From an uncultured Bacillota bacterium (lineage in GTDB: Bacteria; Bacillota; Clostridia; Christensenellales; UBA1242): DNA of 64,000 bases. Made by a program: the position numbers and the translations under genes. The DNA lies in assembly GCA_948465545.1 (NCBI GenBank), contig CAOJXO010000001.1, positions 188,450 through 252,449 of the forward strand, given 5' to 3'. This document shows, piece by piece, positions 38,501 to 46,643 of the stretch. How positions within the stretch are numbered: the stretch's first letter is position 1; each line of letters begins with the position of its first letter. Under the pieces are notes generated by a model. That model ran no database searches, was not told the origin of the DNA, and saw only the letters and a program-made list of their open reading frames with translations.

Positions 38501-41500
38501 GTTTACCCCAACAATGATAAAGGCTAAGGAGGGGGATGTAACAGTTTCAACTATTGCAAAGAGATATACTATGTATATGGTTAGTGCAGATAGGTCATCA
38601 CAATACTTCTTCACCATTGAAAATAATGGCACTGATGAAGAGCCTATCTATGAAATCATAAATGTTATGACTCCTACTAAGGATAGTTACGGTAAGATTT
38701 CATATAAGACATCAGCATTCGAATCGCCTATTAGGCTTGGTTATACAAATGGTAGGGTTGTAATCAACTTTACAAATGATTTGCTTCCTGCTTTCCCAGA
38801 TATTGTTAGGGCAACCTACTCATTTACAATATTCGCACAAGGAAATGATGTTACAATCAATAGTAAAACTGACATGTCTACAATTACACTTTTAGGTATT
38901 GATTATACAAATATCAATTTAAATAATGGTGTTCTCACATGGCGTACAGTTGGAAGTTCTGACTATAAGACTAGGGTGACATATAAGAAAGAGGGCGAGG
39001 GTGAAGATACCCGCGATATTGATTTTATAAACGGTCAAGCCTCACTTAGCCTTCCAGATCCAGGCGAGTACAAATATATCATTATAAGTATATTAGGTAC
39101 AATCGGTCAAAGTAGTATGACCGTGGATAGCGAAAGTTATCTTATTGAAAACATATACAAACTTACATCTCCAAGTGTATCAAAGACGGGCAATGTGTTT
39201 ACTTTAACAAATCAAAATCAAAGCAAATTCTATGCTTACACACAATTTGAGATAACTAACAATGTGGCAAAAAATACAGATGGAATAAAATCATATCTTA
39301 CAAGTTTGCTGACTGATAGGGTTTACAATTATAGTGCAGGAATTTTAGGTATGGATTCAACAAATGCTGATTATGCATACAAAGCCACCGAACAAGATGC
39401 CACAGAGTTCTACTTTGCAAGTATTGGAAACAGCACAAGATTTGTTGCTGGTGAAAGACTTGGCGAAGGAAACACCTACTATGGAAAAGCGGACTTTGTG
39501 TTAGTGCCTCCTGAGGATAGCAATATAAAATATTGTGTTCTCAACTCAAACGAAGTGCCAGTATCAGCAAGAATGCTGAAGGCGCCAACCGATCTTAAAG
39601 TTGAAAATGGCGACATTGTTTGGACTGAGAGCCCTGATGCAACAAGCGAGGATCTTCCAGCAAACAGCACGCTTGTATATGAAATTAATATACATTATTA
39701 CAAAGCAAAAGAGGACGGCTCTTACGAGATAATAGGTTCAACAGCAACCTTCTATACAACAGGGACAACATTTGACACAATCAATATTGTTGCACGTGAT
39801 GATGCAGAGTACTATATCTTTGAAGTTAGAAGTTTTGTATTCTCAAATGGTAATCAAGCAAATCATGATATTACAACCATTGACGGGCAGTATTTTAGAC
39901 GCAGTGCCGTTGAGTATCTTTCTGGTGGGGCTATTCTAGGAAGTGAGTATGCAACACTTGGCAATCACACAAGCACTATATCTAAGATTAAACCTATTAT
40001 AAATCAGAAGATTGCGAATGGAGAATTTACATGGCAAACACAGGATTCAAGCAACGGCTATGAGTGTGTTGTTGTAGACGGGGACGGAAATGTTGTACCA
40101 GGAGAATTGTTTGGAGCAGGCACAACAAATTGGAGTTTTATCCCAGATATAACTTATGAGAATAATCCATATTCATTTAAGGTTTATGTTTATGATAGGT
40201 TAACAACAACCTTGAAATCTAATCCTGTTGCTGTAACACTTGGCACAAGCAGTGAAGTGCGGGTGCTTCCAATGGTAACAAGTGAAGATTTTGCCATTGA
40301 AAAAATTGATAATGGTTATAGAATTAATCTTGAAAACCTGTATACAAACAAACAGATTTACGATACAGATGTTTACTATAATGTTAAGATGACTGTGGAA
40401 ATCGGTTATAGTGACGGTAGAAAAGAATCTCTTGAAGTAGGCTCATTTGATAGTCAGTCAAACAGTAACCGTAATTTCATTCTTACAAACGATATAGAGT
40501 TCAGTGCAAATGGAAATATTGTAAACTTACCACAAAGATATGAAAGTTTAAATATTAAATTCCAAGTACTTGTAAGGACTCAGGCTTCACAAAGCGTTAT
40601 GCTTCTTAACGGCAAGGAGAGCGAAACCTTTGCCCTTACCCCACTTGCTTGGAATGAAAACGATAAAATCACATGGAATCCAGACTTGTATCAATTTGAA
40701 TGGACTTTCGGCGAAGAGGACTTTGCTGATGCACTTTTCAATATTGATATTCAATATTCAGACGGAAACCATGAAATCAGTGATGTTGCAGGGTTAAGTT
40801 ATCAGCCTCATAAGGTAGGCACAATAATTTCTGCAAGACTGCTTGTCAGAAAAGATGCAAACTCACTTTACTCTACCGAAGCGATTGAACTTAATGAGGT
40901 TATAAGTTTCTATCTGTTTGAGGGTGGTGATGGTTCTCAAACAAACCCTTATAGAGTTGCCTCTGCAAGTCAGTTCGCAAATATAAAGTACAGAAATTCT
41001 AACAAGGAAAAATTCTATTTCCGCCAAACCGCAAGTTTTGAGGTGTCTGCCACTGGCTTTGCCTTTGATGATACCTTCTATGGCGAGTATGACGGAGGTG
41101 GATTTACAATCACATTTACAGGTGAAGCAGAGGAGATGACAGCAAGCAATCTGTCACTCCTTGCCAGCACCAGCACAAGTGAAACAACAAAAACATTTGT
41201 AAGGTTTGGCTCTCTCTTCAAGGGGATTGACGGCTCTGCAAAGGTGTCTAACTTAAAACTCAATCTTAATTTTAACAGCACTCAAACTTCTCAAAACACC
41301 TTGTTTGCAGGACTTGCTGTTACAAATTACGGTCAGATTGAAAATGTGGAAATCTTATCAATAAACACAAAATATTCAATAGGCAGGGTAAGTGACATTT
41401 CAATCGCACAAACAGGACTTGTGGCTATCAACTATGGCCGCATAACCGACTGTGTAAATAGTGCCGATATTAATATGACGGCGACTGCTGCATATACCTA

Positions 41501-42068
41501 TGGTTATAATTTGATAGTTTCAGGGCTTGTATTCACAAACGATACAAGCGGGAACAACTTTATAGGTACGCTTACAAGATGTTTCAATAAAGGAAAGATT
41601 GATGTTAGCGTATCACGCAGTAACAGTGCAATGTGGATAAGCGGTGTTGTTCTTAACAACATTGGCGGTAAAATGGCACAATGCGGAAACGATGGCAATA
41701 TTAATGCAAACGGCTCAGTGTTTACAAGTTACATTGCTGGCGTAGTTATGAGGAGTATAGGCGGAGATATCTCTTACACATATAACAATGGTGAAATAAA
41801 ATCAAACTCTTCTTCTAATTATGCGGGCGGTGTTGCCTACTATTTAAGAGGGGTAAGGATTGCTGGACTTGTTGATACCAACACATATATTGCTAGGGTA
41901 TGTACCAGTATAACAAACAGCACCACTGTTTCAAGTTATTGTAAGGTGGCTTATCAAACTTCTGGCATAAATATAGTTGCAATCGAACCAACCATTTTGT
42001 CTTGTGGTGACGGCCATTCACTTACAATTACCGCTGTGGAAGACGGATATAAGGCTTCTATTTCTTAA
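32598..42068 (+). CDS. Giant (3156 aa) surface lipoprotein: Big_2-like module, a long array of FN3/Ig-like modules, and a C-terminal GLUG-type parallel beta-helix
   Basis: Uninterrupted 9.47-kb ORF. Lipobox LFSAFTMVAC/GSG. Recurrent h-x-W...Y-x-[IV] module openings. C-terminal NPYRVASASQF...FYGEYDGGGFTITFTG is followed by repeated GL[VA]xxNxGxIxxCxNxGxI turns. Confidence 0.85.
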   Translation: MNKIRSALLVVMLTLFSAFTMVACGSGNDPKAVFAKEEFELSLEETINFFDYLTFENVDTENVSLSFSNDNLFNVNDNGEYTAVQSGTTFVKVMYEENLLTSCKVIVKQMFTTPTDIVVNDEGVISWKGSSAFNDNSMVSANGYIVEVNGVEYSVTGTSFNLTERGEYSVRVKAQAFGKIDASAYSKIYAINYGVLERAEITSFNVSNDFGNQEAEIEWSIVPLARYNVYLDGFKVESEITRNSVVLNFSNFYEGQSVEVVVEAIDRTGNLLSSRNTITVQKIARPTLSYDFSGGQGKVVWNGSQGATSYTIQCLNRNNPSDVRVIYAKANEVESALEGISSGIYTVSLQANGGRNANGYFVNSNTDSREFAKIAKPIVSHSILGGNLTINIEPDSYAENYLISYGDFSMIWNVKERGYVASINISSFEKGKHDVKVTALPLTDDNKVKEFSEGMFSTSRVVNSDSHVIEIYILENVTNISHKIEDGCSILTFDEVEYATQYMVEVGGQVFTDFVKENGVVAFNLGELSNVAPSGGVYKFNITASRDDGNTISSSGEKSVSILNITSKAEEQENGYYAWNKVNDNTQYLYEIYIVDKNFSIGDAVSGNPTVIIETPTSELKIEDKLNFGYYYIRIYSISTDTNIYLDSNFYDVDGYFEDTFFVTEQIETPEFVFNLNNKSITINKVANAERYEIEVNGELVGRVFDNNPSEPTLTYSLASKFDEAGVYEITVKASADDVLYDTQLHTPSEKGLIYVNKLSAPTFSVDEKELLSVEAVENADSVVIKQGANILNPDGETSLSLAGRNGAFDLVMKFVAKESHENIYYLDSNEIVYHFKRTSQPTNIAFASGVLSFDCEDKAYVDRYIVTLTLLDPNNNNLTITFDIESTTFNLQEFIEEKVASDIRFESAYSQCSGVEVMVSAYKLGFANVGSQRTFFLPSDNGTTASGAGKLNLSQLPAPHITFNPQTKLFSWNSVGSSLTRYAIYVDGVLIRDNLAGTIVPLVDAMDFSEARNIVVVASNPEYLSSANSNTICVRRLQSVSNVGVLNSSGTIYFTLPSIDLSHVKAVYCNNKEVNFNSSNGYVAISLADFGSAETISLSISVKANDGYTNAGITYYFLDSLASNYQFINIDDEVITLNVKDGVLVWNDIATSFVGVKNRPLTYTLNINKGDTLVEKISNLKESKYNLDSEILFKLLTGEYSLKVEVVIDDYSIESVDGSKGYFGYAESNILQVKKLPTLQAVEFDTVEDSSIIKLTDRKASAKIVLSWEDIWTDVDNVSFNIDFNNGTQLDNIKAGAVDQNYSLSLSDGKYRLELNNSYFTSGNNSISISVDADASITSNVYNYSIYRYSTISELSISDDGILTITAEERVDSFLIGVLIGGNNYYVSTKDRQFNIMDGLLDKASGNYTVEVVGFDSEGEAISTMKVTSINGYRLNGISNISILENGNINITLFSEAEIDSRIVFVANYNGRILTFNPDRVENTNTFVYSMLDFVKLFGITSAGEVNLKVSVQKEGNINADWVDVAFNYALEDVGNVTYARGRNYTDDYLILSYLEGTSAFRFELNYTVTDSNIPVTTINTFSASDLHGYWITTDKDEQYFVKELPATAVKTSVECYGISLNDLLKEINGGSIQINISRVQRHTDGDNTVFYQYNVVGFSCNKLIPVTGIRISNDRVTWNASTSADAEYYVYFYTLDGAEYNLSFYKHVTTAYIDIYDIGLVAGVRYYINVVTVSPTLRQIASNATLNVEAFKYLTPTAIEVTDGRLMFNREDVQKSDLFTSIQNNFNLTNVTPNDIVRNIATANYDDIYTFSPSSISSVVVELKFHSLENGRDYVVRRNAVDLMPDISQYTFKTNQDTDISYLQALYDAARQSTEQYTYRLDVERMYNAYLNANGIADFEMLFDEFGSSIPAGDYELSISQEGVVLGSVGYITSHPTNTVKVHVGSAPNINLSRISPNGRNEYIVSFTPTMIKAKEGDVTVSTIAKRYTMYMVSADRSSQYFFTIENNGTDEEPIYEIINVMTPTKDSYGKISYKTSAFESPIRLGYTNGRVVINFTNDLLPAFPDIVRATYSFTIFAQGNDVTINSKTDMSTITLLGIDYTNINLNNGVLTWRTVGSSDYKTRVTYKKEGEGEDTRDIDFINGQASLSLPDPGEYKYIIISILGTIGQSSMTVDSESYLIENIYKLTSPSVSKTGNVFTLTNQNQSKFYAYTQFEITNNVAKNTDGIKSYLTSLLTDRVYNYSAGILGMDSTNADYAYKATEQDATEFYFASIGNSTRFVAGERLGEGNTYYGKADFVLVPPEDSNIKYCVLNSNEVPVSARMLKAPTDLKVENGDIVWTESPDATSEDLPANSTLVYEINIHYYKAKEDGSYEIIGSTATFYTTGTTFDTINIVARDDAEYYIFEVRSFVFSNGNQANHDITTIDGQYFRRSAVEYLSGGAILGSEYATLGNHTSTISKIKPIINQKIANGEFTWQTQDSSNGYECVVVDGDGNVVPGELFGAGTTNWSFIPDITYENNPYSFKVYVYDRLTTTLKSNPVAVTLGTSSEVRVLPMVTSEDFAIEKIDNGYRINLENLYTNKQIYDTDVYYNVKMTVEIGYSDGRKESLEVGSFDSQSNSNRNFILTNDIEFSANGNIVNLPQRYESLNIKFQVLVRTQASQSVMLLNGKESETFALTPLAWNENDKITWNPDLYQFEWTFGEEDFADALFNIDIQYSDGNHEISDVAGLSYQPHKVGTIISARLLVRKDANSLYSTEAIELNEVISFYLFEGGDGSQTNPYRVASASQFANIKYRNSNKEKFYFRQTASFEVSATGFAFDDTFYGEYDGGGFTITFTGEAEEMTASNLSLLASTSTSETTKTFVRFGSLFKGIDGSAKVSNLKLNLNFNSTQTSQNTLFAGLAVTNYGQIENVEILSINTKYSIGRVSDISIAQTGLVAINYGRITDCVNSADINMTATAAYTYGYNLIVSGLVFTNDTSGNNFIGTLTRCFNKGKIDVSVSRSNSAMWISGVVLNNIGGKMAQCGNDGNINANGSVFTSYIAGVVMRSIGGDISYTYNNGEIKSNSSSNYAGGVAYYLRGVRIAGLVDTNTYIARVCTSITNSTTVSSYCKVAYQTSGINIVAIEPTILSCGDGHSLTITAVEDGYKASIS

Positions 42069-42109
42069 ATAAAAGCATGAAAGGAAAATAAAAGGAATAA
42101 ACATATAGC

Positions 42110-42982
42110 ATGAAGAAGTTTTGTTTTGTAATCGCGTTAATATTATCATGTTGCATGTTCTTTGGTTGTGGCGGTCAAAGACTGCCTTCTTCAAACGAGT
42201 TTATTCTGCTGTCAGTGTCAGCGGATAGCGAAGGGCAGATGACACAATCGCTCAACTTTTCGCTTGGCAGTGATAAACTTGATGGGGCGGGTGCAACAGC
42301 CTTAGACAGGGCAAATATAAAAAATAAACTTATTGAAAATGTTAAGGTTTTTAGAGCGGAGTTTTATCTAAACTTTGCAATCGTATACAATCAGTCCTCA
42401 GCGGAGAATAAAGAGGAATACCAAATTGGTAAGGGACTTCTAATATCAGAGGTGGTGTATACCGAAGCGTCTGACTCGGTTGGTTTCAATATGGTTTTCA
42501 CATCAAGTGACGCATGGAACTTCTATCACCCAAAATCATCTGACGGCGAAAGCCAGCCAGATGTTGAGTATGGATATTTGGTAATTTCAAGTTCAAAAGG
42601 ATTGTTCCCTTTTGCTGGCGAAGTTGAGGTGTCTGGCAATAAGATTATGGTTGGCGAAAGATATGTAAATGCCTATAAAGATGCACTTAGTCAAGCAAGC
42701 AACCTTAGCGTGCAATATGACCCTGACCTTGTGTATGACTATGGCACAAAAGAGCCTAGTATCAGAAGCGATAGCGAATACTATTTTGTAGATAACAGCG
42801 GAATCTATCATCATGTTTGGATGCGTAAGCATAGCGAATATGTGAATAACACATCTATTGAAATTTACATCATGCAAGCCAATAGGGGATTATGGTATGC
42901 CACTGCACTTGGTGGTACACTTTTAGTTCTGGGGATAGCAATTATAATCATAAAACTTAAACAGAAAAAACAGCCTAAATAA
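42110..42982 (+). CDS. Lipoprotein with an additional C-terminal TM anchor, function unknown
   Basis: Lipobox SCCMFFGC/GGQ. C-terminal LWYATALGGTLLVLGIAIIIIKL followed by KQKKQPK. Lies 41 nt after the giant gene with no terminator in between. Confidence 0.7.
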   Translation: MKKFCFVIALILSCCMFFGCGGQRLPSSNEFILLSVSADSEGQMTQSLNFSLGSDKLDGAGATALDRANIKNKLIENVKVFRAEFYLNFAIVYNQSSAENKEEYQIGKGLLISEVVYTEASDSVGFNMVFTSSDAWNFYHPKSSDGESQPDVEYGYLVISSSKGLFPFAGEVEVSGNKIMVGERYVNAYKDALSQASNLSVQYDPDLVYDYGTKEPSIRSDSEYYFVDNSGIYHHVWMRKHSEYVNNTSIEIYIMQANRGLWYATALGGTLLVLGIAIIIIKLKQKKQPK

Positions 42983-42994
42983 TGGCTGTTTTTT

Positions 42995-43402
42995 TTATTT
43001 GCCAGTAAGCAGATGAAGCATATCTACATCGTAATAGCAAATGGAATATCTATCAGTTGTAATGTTGATGTCTTTAAACTCTTTATTTGTTTTGGATATA
43101 AAGTAAACAAATCCTAAGATAAGTCTGTTTATTATAATATTGTCAAGATTGTCACAAAAATAAATGTCTTTAAGTGCATAAACATAATCATTGTTATTTG
43201 CTAAAAACTCAACAATAGTCTTTTTTACAAGGGCGAGGTTATTTAACCTCACCCTTTTTATAATGTTGAATTGGCATATACACTTTTGGGGAGGAATAAC
43301 TTTTAAAAGTTCTTGATAGAAATCGTCACATAAAAACCTCCTTGCCATTTCCGTTGGGAATACCATTGCCATAATTTTCTCTGCTTGTGTGTATTTACTC
43401 AT
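42995..43402 (-). CDS. Hypothetical cytoplasmic protein (135 aa)
   Basis: ORF with a strong SD (AAGGAGG) before ATG 43402. No motif recognised. Confidence 0.55.
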   Translation of the reverse strand: MSKYTQAEKIMAMVFPTEMARRFLCDDFYQELLKVIPPQKCICQFNIIKRVRLNNLALVKKTIVEFLANNNDYVYALKDIYFCDNLDNIIINRLILGFVYFISKTNKEFKDINITTDRYSICYYDVDMLHLLTGK

Positions 43403-43537
43403 ATTTACCTCCTTAACCATGCAGTACAAAAAGTGTTCTTTTAGTGTTGCATAAGACTATTTTAACATCTTTTCGCACGGGAAACAAAACTAAATAGACA
43501 CTTTTTGATAGAATTTTTCTAAATTAAAGGAGTTTCA

Positions 43538-43978
43538 ATGTCGAACTTTGTTGAAAGATTAAATTCATTATTAGAAGAAGAAAATTTAACAATAAGGCAG
43601 TTATCACGAGAGATAGGTGTAAGTAGTTCTCAGTTAAGTAAATATTTGACTGGCTATTATGAGCCATCACTTAAGAACGCTCTAAAAATCGCGGACTATT
43701 TTTCATGTTCTTTAGATTATTTGTTTGGCTTAGAGCCATTTAAACAAAATTCTTATTCTTATGGAGAGCCTGATAAAAAGGTGTTTGTTGAAAGATTTAA
43801 AGAGTTGGTTGAGCGAAGAAAAACAAATTTCAATAGAATTTCAAAGCATACTTATTTAAATCGAAACACTATTTACAACTGGGAAACAACGGCTAATTTT
43901 CCTAAAGTGGGAATTCTTGTAAAGTTGGCAGGAGAACTGAATGTGACTGTTGAATTTTTGATTGGCAGAATAAATTGA
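43538..43978 (+). CDS. XRE-family regulator with two tandem HTH domains
   Basis: Two HTH_XRE-like halves: LTIRQLSREIGVSSSQLSKYLTG...LDYLFG and FNRISKHTYLNRNTIYNWET...VEFLIGR. Confidence 0.8.
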   Translation: MSNFVERLNSLLEEENLTIRQLSREIGVSSSQLSKYLTGYYEPSLKNALKIADYFSCSLDYLFGLEPFKQNSYSYGEPDKKVFVERFKELVERRKTNFNRISKHTYLNRNTIYNWETTANFPKVGILVKLAGELNVTVEFLIGRIN

Positions 43979-43985
43979 GGTGGCT

Positions 43986-44423
43986 ATGGAGTTTAAAGAT
44001 GTGTTAAATGATTTGTTGGTGGAAAGAAACTTAACGGTTCAAGATTTGAGTAAACAGATTGCGATAGACGATTCGATTTTATATGATTATTGTAATGGCG
44101 GAATGCCAAGTATAAAGTATGCTGTTACTTTGGCAAATTACTTTGACTGCTCTTTGTCATATTTAATGGGGCTTGTAGACAATCCTAAAAGTTTTGTGTT
44201 TTCAAGCGATTATGATATGGGAGTGTTTTCTCCTAGATATGAGAAACTTTTACACGATAATAAAACAACTCATTTTAAGGTTAGCAAAGAGTCTGGATTA
44301 AATTATTCCAGTAACTATGCTTGGAAAAGAGGCTCAATTCCAGCGATGAGTTCTTTAATTATAATTGCACGTTATTTCGACGTAAGCATTGACTATCTTG
44401 TAGGGCGAAGCGATAGAGTTTAA
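43986..44423 (+). CDS. XRE-family regulator with two tandem HTH domains (paralogue of the preceding gene)
   Basis: Same two-domain layout: LTVQDLSKQIAIDDSILYDY...LSYLMG and HFKVSKESGLNYSSNYAWKRG...IDYLVGR. Start is ATG 43986 or GTG 43980. Confidence 0.75.
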   Translation: MEFKDVLNDLLVERNLTVQDLSKQIAIDDSILYDYCNGGMPSIKYAVTLANYFDCSLSYLMGLVDNPKSFVFSSDYDMGVFSPRYEKLLHDNKTTHFKVSKESGLNYSSNYAWKRGSIPAMSSLIIIARYFDVSIDYLVGRSDRV

Positions 44424-44476
44424 TCTTCTATCGCTTTTTAATTTGAAAACTTTTTAAAAAATTCTTTCTATCTTTG

Positions 44477-44505
44477 TTGAATTTTTGGTGACGGTGTGGT
44501 AAACT
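44477..44505 (+). promoter_or_regulatory. Extended -10 promoter of typA
   Basis: TTGAAT-17 nt-TAAACT preceded by TGg. Confidence 0.5.
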
Positions 44506-44530
44506 AATTAAGTTAAAAGGACTTTATATT

Positions 44531-46363
44531 ATGACAAACGAAAAGATTAGAAACATTGCAATTATTGCACACGTTGACCATGGCAAAACTTCACTGGTTG
44601 ACGCATTACTTAAACAGGGAAGTGTATTCAGAGAAAACCAAGTGGTTGAAACCAGAATTATGGATAACAACGCACTTGAAAAAGAAAGGGGAATTACCAT
44701 TCTTTCAAAGAACTGCTCTTGCCTTTATAATGATGTAAAAATCAACATTATTGATACACCAGGACACGCAGACTTCGGTGGTGAGGTTGAGCGTGTACTT
44801 AAAATGGTAGACGGAGTACTTTTGGTGGTAGACGCTTATGAAGGCCCTATGCCTCAAACACGTTTCGTGCTTGAAAGGGCTCTTGCACTTAAACTTAAAG
44901 TGGTGGTTGTTGTAAACAAGGTTGACAGACCTGACGCCCGCATAAGCGAAGTTATCGACGAAGTGCTTGAACTTTTCCTTGAACTTGATGCTGATGAAGA
45001 GCAACTTAACTCTCCATTCGTTTTTGTATCAGCAAGATACGGAATTGCGTCAAATGACAAGAATGTGAAAGGTGTTGATATGAAACCTCTTTTTGAAACA
45101 ATCCTTTCTCATATCCCAGCACCAGAAGGTGACGAAAACGGTTCAATGCAAATGCTTGTTTCATCTGCAGAACATAATGACTATGTAGGTAAACTTGCAG
45201 TAGGTAAACTTACTAGGGGAAGTTTATCTGTCGGACAAAATGTTGTTCTTTGCAACTATCATGATTCTAGCAAACAAGTCCGCTCTAAAGTAGTAAGCCT
45301 CTTTGTATTTGAAGGTGTTAAGAGAGTCCCTGTCAACACTGTTCCTATCGGAGAAATCGCTTGTGTTGCAGGACTTGAAGATGTACAAATCGGAGATACA
45401 ATCTGTGACGTGAATGCACCTGATGCAATCGAATTTGTTAAGATTGCTGAACCTAGTGTTGAGATGACCTTTATGGTAAACGATAGCCCTCTTGCTGGTA
45501 AGGAAGGCAAGTTTGTTACAACAAGACATATTCGTGATAGGCTTTACAAAGAAGCGGTGAAAGACCTTTCACTTAGAGTGCAAGACGGTGACACCTCTGA
45601 TACATTCAAGGTGTGTGGTCGTGGTGAAATGCACCTTTCAATCCTTATTGAAAACATGAGAAGGGACGGTTTTGAATTTCAGGTAAGTATGCCTAAGGTT
45701 TTAATCAAAACAATCGACGGGGTTAAGTGTGAACCTATTGACAGGCTTTACCTTGATGTTCCAGAAGATTGCACTGGTACTGTTATGCAAAAGATGGGTG
45801 TGCGTAAAGGCGAACTTGTTGGCATGACACCTCATGGCAACCGTATGAAAATGGAATTTACAATTCCATCACGTGGGCTTTTTGGATTTAAGAGCGAACT
45901 TCTTACTGATACCAGAGGTGAAGGTATCATCAACTCTATCTTCTATCGCTATGAGCCTTGGAAGGGAGAGATTAAACGCCGTGAATATGGCTCTTTAATC
46001 GCTCACGAAAGTGGCGACGCCATTGTATACGGACTTTACAACGCACAAGAGCGTGGAGATTTATTCATTGGTGCGGGCGTTCCTGTTTATGCGGGAATGG
46101 TTGTCGGTCAAAACCCTAAGGGTGGCGACATTGTTGTTAACGTATGTAAAACAAAGCACCTTTCAAACTGCCGTTCATCTGGCTCTGATGAAGCGTTAAG
46201 ACTTACTCCACCTAAGAAATTGAGCCTTGAAGATTCTATTGAATTTTTGGCTGATGATGAAATATTAGAGGTTACTCCAAAGAGTACACGTATCAGAAAA
46301 ATTATCCTTGACCATACAATGCGTATGAGGGAAAGAGGAAAACAACTTAGAGGGGAAGTTTAA
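44531..46363 (+). CDS. typA: Translational GTPase TypA/BipA
   Basis: [38 protein letters not shown]. 610 aa. Confidence 0.95.
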   Translation: MTNEKIRNIAIIAHVDHGKTSLVDALLKQGSVFRENQVVETRIMDNNALEKERGITILSKNCSCLYNDVKINIIDTPGHADFGGEVERVLKMVDGVLLVVDAYEGPMPQTRFVLERALALKLKVVVVVNKVDRPDARISEVIDEVLELFLELDADEEQLNSPFVFVSARYGIASNDKNVKGVDMKPLFETILSHIPAPEGDENGSMQMLVSSAEHNDYVGKLAVGKLTRGSLSVGQNVVLCNYHDSSKQVRSKVVSLFVFEGVKRVPVNTVPIGEIACVAGLEDVQIGDTICDVNAPDAIEFVKIAEPSVEMTFMVNDSPLAGKEGKFVTTRHIRDRLYKEAVKDLSLRVQDGDTSDTFKVCGRGEMHLSILIENMRRDGFEFQVSMPKVLIKTIDGVKCEPIDRLYLDVPEDCTGTVMQKMGVRKGELVGMTPHGNRMKMEFTIPSRGLFGFKSELLTDTRGEGIINSIFYRYEPWKGEIKRREYGSLIAHESGDAIVYGLYNAQERGDLFIGAGVPVYAGMVVGQNPKGGDIVVNVCKTKHLSNCRSSGSDEALRLTPPKKLSLEDSIEFLADDEILEVTPKSTRIRKIILDHTMRMRERGKQLRGEV

Positions 46364-46367
46364 AATT

Positions 46368-46634
46368 ATGGCAAGACTGAATCCGCAGGAAAACAAACAT
46401 CTTCACAGAAACTATAAACGCATGATGTGGTTTGTATGCGTATTCTTTGTCTTTGCTTTGGTAATTTGTTATCTTCTTCAACGTGCAGGATTAAGCCCTG
46501 TACTTAATGGTTTTATTATTATCTGCCTTGCAGGAGTTTTCTACTTGCTGTTTTGGTTGATTTGTGCTAAAATTGATAAAAAGAGAGAGGAAAAGCGGAA
46601 GCAAGACGATAACCGTGACCCTTTTACTCACTAG
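46368..46634 (+). CDS. Small membrane protein (two TM helices), unknown function
   Basis: 88 aa with two hydrophobic helices and a charged tail. Lies 4 nt after the typA stop. Confidence 0.5.
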   Translation: MARLNPQENKHLHRNYKRMMWFVCVFFVFALVICYLLQRAGLSPVLNGFIIICLAGVFYLLFWLICAKIDKKREEKRKQDDNRDPFTH

Positions 46635-46643
46635 GAGGTTTTT

